The notes under the pieces: model-generated
The model's input: the letters and a program-made list of their open reading frames with translations, nothing else
What the model was told of the DNA's origin: nothing
Database searches by the model: none
Translations under genes and position numbers: made by a program
Assembly: GCF_000485595.1 (NCBI RefSeq)
Contig: NW_014577088.1
Location: 1,181,391-1,230,384, forward strand
Source: Priapulus caudatus
Taxonomy: Eukaryota
Direction of reading: 5' to 3'
DNA: 48,994 nt
Shown: positions 37,895 through 48,994 of the stretch, one piece after another
Position numbering within the stretch: position 1 is the stretch's first letter
Layout: each line of letters opens with the position of its first letter

Positions 37895-39031
37895 ATAGCT
37901 ATATAGATTGTAAATAACCTTAACGTAATTTTTTTGTCACTTATCCGTGAAAGCCTCGTCTCAGACCCACCCCTACTAAACAATATGGACGTCGACCAAG
38001 AGCTGCGCATGTCACTCATCATTACACAACGAGTCATGAAATATTGCCCCCCCCCCAGGAATTTGCTCAGCCTACGACCCTGGTTGGATTGGTATGTAAG
38101 TAGTGCGTGAGACTTATTCATCCCGAAGCAGTAATTTATGGATTTTCACCAAGACACCGCTTTCTTGTTCTGTTAGTGTATGGTACAGGGAGGGCTTACA
38201 TTCTTCAAAAGAAATCTCACCACGCCGATCCTAAATTGCACGAAGAACGCCACGTTTCTTTTAGTAGTGCAGGGGAAAAGGCAAGCCTCATTTGCTTCAT
38301 AAATCGTGCAATATTTACGCAGGGTAGCATAAACCATAGAGGCAGTTCCGTTACGTTAGACAAATATGTTGACAGTAGAACCACGACACAGCGTTTGACC
38401 ATTGCGAGTTAGAAAAGCCGTTAGCGTTCATTACCATTGTTATAACTGTGGAAAATATTTACTAACAGCAAAGCAAACATGATGGTATCTGTGTCGACGG
38501 ACCTAGCTGTTGTGCCGCAGAAATTCATCACGAACACGAAACACTTTATTCTGTTAGGATAAAGATTCGCTAAAAAATTAATAATTATTGCATCTGCTCC
38601 TGCGGGTGTGGTTGCGATTCGCGTTGACATACGCAGAAGTGAAGTGGGATATATGCATGACATCAAGAGTAGATAATAACACAATGTGTTATTATCTACT
38701 CTTGATGACATGTGTGTGCGTGCGGGTGTGTCTGTCTGTCCGTCCGTCCGTACTTATTTGTCAGTCTGTCTGTCTATCAGTGTGAATCTGCGCCAGTTTA
38801 TTTACAGTGAGAAAAAGTTTATTCATTCGTTATCGATATATATTATAAACAATTATGACCGCTGTGTAAATATTCCAACAAAAATACTGTAATTTTCTGT
38901 TATATAGCACTTTCTTACAGAAAACTGGGAATATATTCGATAATAAACACTTGGACCAACACCACATAACGCACCTCACTAGCTTAACAGCATATATAAA
39001 TATTAGATTGCATACGAGAAATAACGTTTAG

Positions 39032-39074
<43 letters not shown>

Positions 39075-40530
39075 AATCAGGAGTTAATATTGACAAACCT
39101 GATATAATGACTTCATATTGGATATATGAATCATGGATTATACCATAATTCATGGTCATAACCTAGCAAAAATAAACGTTAGACTCCTGTACAGCCACCC
39201 TACTAAACAGCAAACGAACGCATGAGTTTATTGAAGTTGTGAGGAATAAATGTTGCTAATAATAATAGCACGCATAAAGCTAGTCAAATAGTTACAACAT
39301 TATACATTTATTATAACTATTTGCAAAAGGTGTTATATAGCAAGTTTCCAATTAGAAAGTAAAAAATTCAACCCTTCCCATTAGAGACTGCTATAACACT
39401 TACATCCCTGGAATTACCTGCTTACATTTAGTCACGTGGGATACAATGCCGTGTGCTAAGCCGTGTAAGCCTAAATAATGATTAGGCTTAAATAAGGCTA
39501 CCATGAAAATGACAACATAAAAAGTGAGATGCTAGTAAAGTAAATTGTCGTTATCCAGTAACAATAATGAGCTACTCTTGTATTACGCCAGTTATGCATA
39601 ATCTAACCCATATAAATCGTTTATCACTTAAAACAAGTTAGATTGCAATTCCATGCAGTATCTGTAACATACTGTAAAATACTGTAAAATTTACGTAAAT
39701 CACATTACAAAACGTTTGTTGTCACACAACTCTATATATTGACACATAAAGCAAATCAACTAATAAATTAATGTTACTTTTCTAATGGGCTTTATTAGAG
39801 TTAATCTACTTAACCATATATTTTTTTAAAGACATTTTAAATCCAACAGTAAGTAAATTATCTAACAGTTCGTAACAGCAAAAATCATGAACGATCTTTC
39901 ATGATCTTTGGTAACAGTATTAAAGGTTAATATTAACAGTAGATGTTAATGTCTCCTAAACATTATTTGTAATATTTCAAAGCAATATGTAGACATTCGT
40001 TTTCTTTATATTTTTGATGGTGGGACTATGTAAATAATGGTTTTTAGCTATATAGTTTCAAAACCTTTGAGTTTTTATGGTGAATTGTGTTAGCCCTCAC
40101 AACTTTGTGGAATACAGCTTTTAGCAGATACATAAAATTCATCATATTAAAGATAATCCCATTATATCACAACATTTGACAATCAATAAAACCTAAAAAG
40201 ATGAATAAAAACATTTTAGCCTTTCCCTAAAGGTGGTACATTAAACTAAATACTAACATACACTTATACAAAATGCGAATAAAACCACTGTAGCCTTTTC
40301 CTATAGGTGGTTCACTTAACTCAAAAAATAACGTGCACCCACAAAAGGTGATTAAAACATTGTAGGCTTTCCCTGTGGGTGACGCATTAAACTCTAAATC
40401 AATCTCTATGAAGTCAAGAACTAGCCTGCTATCGACTACTCCAGCTTCCTTGAGCAATGCACTTAGATTAAGGTAGAATATGGCACTGAATGTGTTATGA
40501 ATGAAGGATATTCATTCATAGTTCAAGCTG

Positions 40531-43500
40531 CTACAGCATGCTGGAAATTTGTACCCCATCCTGCTGCAGATTCTTCCTGAGGAACTGTTGAATTTTCCTC
40601 CAGCTGTTTTCCTGTGCAAAACTGTGTGCTTTCAGTTCCCCTCCCCATGCCATTTGTAAGCCTTTTAATAGTAAATTAAAACAAAAATCAACATTATTAC
40701 AATATACTGTGACTAATTCACAAGTCGGCAAACAGCGCTTGATCGTAACTGACTGTCGTACGTCCGAGTATAACTCACCCATGGTCGCATGATAAGAGGC
40801 TGTGCACAGAGGAGAGTATGGAGGCTCGACCAGATGTCCAGCTCCGGGATACACGCACATCTCGTAGTTATGCTTGCCATGCCGCTTCATCCTATCAGTG
40901 ACAGCAGTTGTCTCCTTTACAGACATGACGGACTTGTCATCCCCAGATACAATAAATAGGATCTCTGCCTGTGCACGTTCCAGCTGTTCGAGAAATGAAA
41001 CTATGTCAGTTTAATGAGAATGGGTGTAATGACGTAGATATCGAATTATTTAACCTAGTATAAAAACCCAGCGACACGGGTCGTTAATAAAGCCAGCAAT
41101 CACTGGTCATAGTTATTTTAGTCAAAATAGCTCAAGGTAACATGAGCCAGCGAGCGACACGGGTGCCCCCCCTTAACGTAGCATAACGTCTATATGTTAT
41201 TTAGTCGACAATTAGCAGAACGTAATCGAGTGACAAGTGCACACAGAATATCCCAAGTAAACGAGTGACACTTAGCACCTACACAAGGCCGAAGAAAACA
41301 CGTCCAGCTTCGATGTCACATGCGCACTGATGAGATCAAACAACGAAACGTCGCGACAAATGTGAACTATGGGAAATAATGAGAACATGAATCGACCTGC
41401 CGACGATTCCCACACACCAGAACTCAAAGAAGCGTCCACAGCTTCTCACTCAGTCACCCATAAATGTTGAAGATGACGGAAAAAACACGTCTTCACCACC
41501 ATCGTCACAAGGCTTGAACCACGCTAGGCCATCGCATTCTCAGTAGTATAAATAACGAACAGTTTCGACAGAAATGCAGACACAGTTTCCACGTGCTGAC
41601 AGACGCTGTCAGGCACCCGCGCTGCTCTCACCTGCTGGGATCCACTACGCTACGTCACCGTTGCGAGCATCACTGACTGAGGACCTGCCTGCTTGCCTGC
41701 CGACCTGCGCAGAACTTCACGCTCGTAAATATTATGGCATTTGTAAACCAGTCGCTTTTCTGTATGTGCCTGGTTGTATAAAGATATGTATTGTAAATGT
41801 GTATCGTATTATTACTGGTTGCTTGCGTAGGCCATCTATGTAACTCGTACATGTGTTTATATATTGTTGATGCTGTTTATTAAAGATAGAGTTACCGTCG
41901 AGCAATTCGTGTTACTAGCATTAACTATATCTGTCTGTGCTTAAGTGCTATTGCAACGCGTATCTGTCGTATCAAACCAACTGACACTATACGCAGTCAC
42001 ACGTGCTATTACACGAGCTCACAGCCTTCCAATATGGGCAGCAAGGTGAGTCATTGGCAAGCAAGAGTCGCCAATAAACCATGGCCAGTTAAACTTGGAA
42101 AGAAGCATTCACACACAGAGAGTATTGATACATACAGTAGCTAGCCTACACTTGTAAATGTTAAAATTGAATGCATGGTCTCCTAAATACGTACATAAAG
42201 CTACAATAATGTAGAACTTCGTATACAATGACCCCCATTTAAACGACATTAACGAAAGCAACCGCACAAAGTGCCCGCTGGTCTGTATGGTCTGTCTGGA
42301 TGGAAATATGGGAAATTAAAAAACCAGAACAAACTGGATGTTAGTTTTGAGAGTGTGGCTAATAGTGCTCTGCATCGGGGGTGGGGCCACTCCGTACCAA
42401 AATAGGGTGTATGGCCATCTGAGAATTGAATTGGGGGCTCCGTAGCTAACAGCACATCAAAATTGGGTCTCTGGAACTAGGGTTGCTTGGAAAGCATGAT
42501 TTCGGAGTGGCATGTTGTGCGAGAGGGTCTCCGGAACGCTGGAAAAACGTAGACATTGATTGCGCTAGGACTCGGAAATATGTGAAAACGGGGTCTCTGG
42601 AACAGGAAATGTGTGAAAAAGGGGATCTGCGGTGCGGTAAAAAGTAGGACCTATGCTCCGGGACGGGATATATGTGAAAAGTGGGGTCGCCAGTGCAGTA
42701 AAAAGTAGGACTATGCTTCGGGACGGGAAATATGTGAAAAGAGGGATCTACGGTGCGGAAATTTTGAGGTGAAAAGGGGGGTCATAACCGCGGCACATAC
42801 TACCATGCAATATATAGGAGTGCTCCCCCGGAGGCTCCTGTGCATCTGTTGTTTACATTCACGAAAAGAAATGTTGCATCAGATGTGCACCATCTCTAAT
42901 AATAATTAATGTATATTCACAAACTTATCTCTCCTACTCAAGGTTAATTAAATTTTTCTAGTGTACTTTCCGCCCTCTTTTGAATACAGTCGGTGAACTA
43001 CATCACTTCTCATTGGCAAAGACCATATACATATAGATGGGACACTTGCTATTACGCTATTGTATCCGGTCTTTGCCATTTGTTAGCTAGCTCAACGCTT
43101 CACTGTATACAAAGTTAAAAACGGCTATAAACTAACTATGAAACTAACTATGAAAGTTAAAAAAACTAGCTGTACTGGAGGTTTTATATCTTACAGCTAT
43201 TAGGTTATGATCATGGATGTCTTCAGTGAATTCCAGAAATGATACACCTTCAGGGTGGTGTTTCAGCTCGTAGGTGTTCCTGCAATGTTCAGAATGAACT
43301 ATAGTCACACTAGTAAAGTAGAAGTTAGTGCAGGGTTGCATAACCCAGCTTTCATAAGTGGTTGGAAACTTTACGTCAATTACTGAGAAAAATTTCCACA
43401 TGGTCTATGGTCTACTACTAAGAGGTCTAATCTTTATCTTAGTAATATGCTAACTTATTTAGAATGAGAGGTTTAAATATGCTCCTTGATTAGAATATAC

Positions 43501-45826
43501 AAATGACATTCTATAGAAGCAATTTGTTAGTGTAAAATTGTGTGTAAAGTAAAATGAATTGTAGTAGATGTAATATAAGGAGTTGAATAAAGTATTATAA
43601 ACAATAAAAACTACAATATCCTCCTATTTAGGAAAAGGCTTATCCCCATAGTGTATGAAATGGATCCGTGGATAGAAGTCATTGATGCAAACACGGCCTT
43701 TATCTGCAAAAGAAACAACAACGGACAATAATTAACACCTAACCATCACAATGCCTACCCATTGAAACCATTGCACACACAAATAAAATAGCCCACATTA
43801 CATGATATCATGAACATATATATGCCTGATAATATAGTATACACACATGCTCGCACGCATGCACACATGCACACACGCACGCACGCACACACTCGCACAC
43901 ACGCATATATAAATATATTATACATTTGATGATCGATGGTATTTATGCCATAGCTAAACATATTTATATTGTTTTGATAGTAACTCTTGATCAACCTTGT
44001 GTTTGTTTCTTGTGTAAGCTGCCATGCACAGTACACATTTCCCACCGAGAGAAACGCCTATTGTTCCTATGTCCGTTTTCAATACAGTGGATGACTAACT
44101 GACCATCAACAGCTTCCTATAATAATAGAGGCCAACATCTGAGAGTTACTTCTGCGAAAGGGCCATGAGCCATTACATGGGCATGGAGAGAAGTGTCCAA
44201 GTTGAAATGGAGTGCAAGTGCAGAATATAGCGACAGGTGTGGAAGTATGAAATCGAAAAATACCGCATCAAATTTGTTTCACACAAAATTACTTGTCTTA
44301 TGCTACTTATTTACAGTTAGAAAATTACTAAGGATTTATACTGTNNNNNNNNNNNNNNNNNNNNNNNNNCAGGAGCGTATAATGACAATTGTTTGTCATT
44401 ATGTCAATATTTGTCATTATACGCTCCTGATATAAAATATATATATACTAATATATATATATATAATTAAAATATATAAAATGGCAAATATTGCAATCAC
44501 ATTCTTCAATGTTGCAACAATTGCCTCGTGAATGATAACACAAACACATTTTCTGACAAAAGTGCATCTGCATGCATGCTTCTGTAACGTAAGAACAGAA
44601 CTGCATTGTAGACTGGTATTACTGCATCACTATTAAGCAGGTTACTATTAACAAAGTGTAGTGACAGGGCCTTGCAATAAACAAGTACCGGTACCATCAA
44701 CATGCAACTAATACGAGAGTCAACAAATAAATTACAATCCTTTCACATGTTGGTAAAAGTATATTGATGTACGAGTGTTCTAAGACATGTTAGCCTTACT
44801 GTAGACACTTGTTCAAAATTCTTACTTTAAGTGGTATGAGCTAAATAACAGGAAACGAAAGAAGAGTAAAAACGTCAACCTCGAAGTATTCTAAGCGAAT
44901 GCCGTCCAACTTCTTAGGCAGATCCTTGTAATGTATATATGGAAGGCAAAGTGTTGCAAATCCCCTGGAGGCAAGCAGAGCAGACCTGAATGTCACAATG
45001 TTTCCCACATTTCCAAACATGTCTATGACACCAGGAAATGGTCCAGTACCTGTCAACATACACTGATTAATTAGATCACTTAGATTTAATTACTGATAAT
45101 GTGATTGAAAACACAATAACTACCTGACAATATTTCACAATACTGCCACACCCTACTGCAAAGGCATGATAACACTGAAAACAGTAAAAGCTTATCAATG
45201 TAGCAATTGGGTGCACACATCCACCTTCTGGCAAAAACAGCCTTCCTCGTATATTTCCATGATTTATCTCTTGCACACTGACTCCCTTTGCCAGGTACGA
45301 CCTTTCAATGGAAGTAAACGCCAGCATAGGTGTTGTATGGTCAATGTCATCTATATGATGAATCCCATCATAAACGCTAAGCTCGAAAGTCAGCGGAGTT
45401 GTGACATCTTTCTTTATCAACCTGAGACCCTTCTTCTGCCCAGGCATTGGAACCAAGCTGCAGAATAGGCCCATTGGCATCACATCTGGAATGGGGAAAC
45501 CCGTGAGTCACGTTTCATCTATAAAATACATTTAGACAGAATATCAGCAATAATAAATTATCATAGGACAGAATATTGCCCAAATAACAGATTTACATGC
45601 TATACATCACACCTGTGTACGATCCACCCATAGAGGGATGCAGACTGAGATCCACCAAACCATTCCCATCTGCTTTAAAATGTGCATAAGAACCGAATTT
45701 AATTTTGTCCTCCTGTAGGTGTGCTCCAACGGTGACTTGCTGATTGGGGTTCAAGTGGTTGACCACAATCTTGACCACATCGTCTACAAGAGCCTTCCGT
45801 GGAATAGCCTGAACAATGGGCTTCAT
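40531..45826 (-). CDS. Type I acyl-CoA thioesterase / BAAT-like gene, copy A (8 coding exons; exons 4-5 frameshifted as assembled)
   Basis: Exons 45826-45613, 45485-45225, 45049-44880, 44116-43996, 43703-about 43615, 43279-43195, 40983-40779 and 40661-40531. Catalytic triad GVSLGG / SGDD / GAGH; ends ...QISSML*. The small indels in exons 4-5 lie next to a gap and may be sequence errors. Confidence 0.85.
41026..42013 (+). mobile_element. Possible solo LTR of a second family in intron 6
   Basis: TGTAAT...ATTACA ends, TATAAATA at about 41547 and ATTAAA at about 41880. No TSD was confirmed. Confidence 0.3.
42376..42831. mobile_element. MITE with CCGGGGG...CACTCC termini and subterminal GGGTCTCYGGAAC / ATGTGAAAA repeats
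   Basis: Imperfect TIRs and internal direct repeats. Related sequence occurs at about 10890-11160 and 35047-35250. Confidence 0.55.
44370..44429. repeat. Mini inverted-repeat element CAGGAGCGTATAATGACAA / TTGTCATTATACGCTCCTG
   Basis: 19-bp perfect arms. One arm also occurs at about 4682-4700. Confidence 0.7.
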
Positions 45827-46679
45827 TTTTCTCTAGCAAACAAACATAAACGCGAGAAAATGTAAGTGTTGTCTGTTCGGAAAGCAAACAATGCAACAAT
45901 CTAATAATTTACTAGCTATATATTCATGCGCACGCAGATTAGATCCGGATACGTCTAATAATTTACTAGCTAGATTGATGCGAAGATTAGAACTGGATAC
46001 GTGTAATCTGATACGTATAATGGATGGAGATAAGAACAAGTCATAATTATTTTAATATTCAGGCAACAAAAAAGTTAAGCGTCATTCGCTAAACGTAATA
46101 CATTTAGCAGTATCTAAATAAAAAAACCAAACAGGTACGTAAATATTTCAAACGGTTTTTTATAAATAATAACAACGTCCATGCACGTGAGCATTTCATA
46201 TGAAGCACCAAGTTTAATATTCCAATAAAATACATTCCATTCGCAAATAAAAATTTCAAAACGAACTAATAAGACTGGCACATAAACAAGAAAACGTTCT
46301 CATTTTAAAGGTTTTGATGTGAAATTGTCATATTAATCACACTCCTTATAGGACTGACATAGAAAACAAAACAAAAACAAAGTTATATATTTTCAGCGCC
46401 GTTTTCATTTTATAGTTAAAATATTTGACTGAGGTCGCAGCACCTTTCTTTAGTAGTCGCGCTTCTGACATTTACACGCAAATGTACTTTTACCACAACG
46501 TAGACTATTTCTTTCTTTCTCTCTAATTCGCTCTCTCTTTTTCGCTCTCGCTCGTTCTATTATCTCTCGCACTCATCTCTCACACACCACGCACGCACGC
46601 ACGCCCGCACTCAGCCGCGCACGCACGGAGACACATATTTTAATTTATTTCAATAAAAATAAAAGGCAATTAAATTATA

Positions 46680-46864
46680 TGCGTACATGCGCGCGAGTGT
46701 GTGTGTGCGCGCATGTGTGGGACGCGCAAAAAGCTGTGTGGTGTGACGATGTATGTGTGTCGTGTGATCGTGTGTGTGTGTGTTGTGTGTGTGTGTGTGT
46801 GTGTGATGTGTGTGCGTGTGCGTGCGTGTCAGGCGCGCGTGTGCGTGCGCGTTGGTGTGTGTGT

Positions 46865-46928
<64 letters not shown>

Positions 46929-46950
46929 TGAGTGTGCGTGTGTGCGTGAG
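46680..46950. repeat. (TG)n/(TGCG)n microsatellite
   Basis: Direct inspection. Similar CA/TG tracts occur at about 11490, 23905, 26460 and 37105. Confidence 0.95.
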
Positions 46951-47047
46951 TATATTTAATATGAGTGTCTTATTTTCTACATGCTTCGAAAAGTTACAAA
47001 TTATTCTTAGTTCACTGATTAAGCGGCGTGATGTCAAGGTTTAATGG

Positions 47048-48980
47048 CTAGGGGGTCGCATATAGAGGCTGCTTCAAATGCTTCCAGAAGAAACTTTGGA
47101 TCCTCTTCCAGCTGTCTTCCTGAGCAAAACTGTGAGCTTGCACTCTCCACCCCAAGCCATGTGAAGACCTGTAGCAAACCAAGAAAAAACTGACAGTGCT
47201 ATTCTGCACAACTACTAATTCATAACACCACTAATAATCAGCAAGTCACTCAGTAACATTACTTTGATACCATCAAGAGCTAATAATACCTAGGTATCAT
47301 TAGCTCTCATACCATATCACTAGTTGGAATCAACAGAAACTCACGCGGGTTGCATGATATGAAGCTTTACATAGAGGAGAGTATGGAGGCTCGACCAGAT
47401 GTCCAGCTCCGGGATACACGCACATCTCGTGGTTATGCTTTCCGTAAAGTAGCATCCTCTTAGTGACAGCTTCTGCCTCCTTCATGCCCATAATAGCCTT
47501 GTCGTCTCCCAAAATATAAAGAGGATCTGGCCGGGGGCGAGCTCCAACTGTTGATTGGATATGAGAGTAAGCCTTCACATCAGATGAAAATTAAAACGCC
47601 TTCATGCAAACTATGACTAGACTTCATTCTACTTTGACTAGTAATAATGAATATAAACTTTGGACTCAAACTATCAGAGCCACCCAATTCTTGTATTTTG
47701 CAAGCTATAGAACGTTTGTTAGCTAGTGATATCATGTGTTTCTCACAAGATGGACCCATTATCGCAGAGCCAGTCGGGTGCACTCATAGAAATAATATAG
47801 ACAGGTGTCTCTATATATTTCAATGGGTGCACCCATAGAAATATATAGAGACATGTATTATTGCTATGGGTGCACCACAGCGTCACGTTTAGTAACAGCC
47901 CAACTCCCCCATCCGTCAGATCGCATGTTACCCATGCAGTAGCGTAAACTGTATATAACCTACAGCTATCAGCTGGTCAGCATGAAAGTCCTGCCTGTGT
48001 ACAGCAAATGATACGCCCTCTGTGTGATGAATGAGTTCGTCTTCGCTCCTTTAAAATCCAGCAAATTTGACAGTTATATACCTCATATATACTACACACT
48101 ATTGTGGATTGCATGATAATCATCGAGCTGATTTTACCACATTTTCTACATGAGCGCCAATAAAATATTTAATTATAATTACTGTGGGTTGGCTGCATTA
48201 TCTCATCCGCGTCCCCTAGCTACACCATATCTTGTTCTCACTATTCAGTTAAAAAAATATAGGTGAAAGTGCAAATAAATGTTATAAATAAATATAGTAC
48301 ATTTTAAGCTTTAGCATACTCGCTCTAACAAAGCTAAACAGTATCGCTCTATAGTATCTTTCTCTGAACGATCCAACTAAGCCCGGCGCACACGCGGCTT
48401 TAAGTTCTTTCATTCTCTATAATTATGTACAGCGTCAGCTATATATAGATATAACTACAGACTAGGATTCGGCAGTATACCTTTTTGAAAATTTAGAAAC
48501 ACTCACGAATTGGGAATTCTGCAATTACGAAAGCGTTTGCCTCGATATTTTATATTGGAGCTATGAACGCTATTTCCGTTGATGCAGGCAACAGCTTTCA
48601 GCTGCAAAAAATATGGCAGTCTGTTGGTTTGTGACTGTAGTCGATCAAATACGTAAAACATCTATAGCTTAAAATATTTACAAAAAATCTCGCGTCTACA
48701 TGAAATATAACAGAACTTTAATCAACATCAAGGCAAGACAACATCGATGACCCAATAGATTGATGCTCATGCATTCACATATCTTGACAGGCCGTGCATG
48801 TTAAAAACGATATTATACACCAGAGCCAATCTTGGCTGGTAAATATGAGCTGAAAATATGCTTACTTTATGTTTGTTTCTCAGCCATGCACAATACAACT
48901 TCCCCGCCCAACGAAATTCCTATAGCACCTACTCCATGTGGAATAACCCTTGGATGACTACTGAACCAGTCAACGGCTTC
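47048..48980 (-). pseudogene. ACOT paralog B exons 4-8 in normal order (5' part beyond window); frameshifted as assembled
   Basis: Exons 48980-48866, 48601-48507, 48048-47964, 47547-47345 and 47168-47048. There is an 8-bp deletion in exon 4 and 1-bp losses in exons 7-8 relative to 12183-13779. Confidence 0.75.
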
Positions 48981-48994
48981 CTACAATGAGAGAC

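Noticed and set aside
38113..38945. Possible DINE/Helentron-like element with GTCT/GTCC repeats
   Set aside because: Termini could not be defined from the sequence.

Overview
Repeat-rich eukaryotic genomic DNA, probably from a protostome invertebrate, with three assembly gaps (14406-14415, 30973-30997, 44345-44369). The backbone is a minus-strand tandem cluster of 8-exon type I acyl-CoA thioesterase / BAAT-family (alpha/beta-hydrolase) genes. It comprises one near-complete copy at 40531-45826, one copy lacking only its last exon at 713-6403, a 3' half at 47048-48980, and a paralog whose exon blocks are out of order at 8349-13779. The cluster is invaded by a degenerate Ty3/Gypsy LTR retrotransposon, an AcademX-like remnant, an IS3EU-like end and many MITEs. 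The Gypsy 5' LTR is split by an apparent inversion, and both empty and filled insertion sites are present. The most unusual signal is at the Gypsy primer-binding site: instead of about 18 nt of tRNA complement, it holds a complete antisense copy of mature tRNA-His (CCA included, T at the normally m1G-modified position 37), followed by a second LTR end plus PBS. Much of 25.4-42.7 kb is the same few kb repeated with scattered indels, so some of the redundancy may be assembly artefact.
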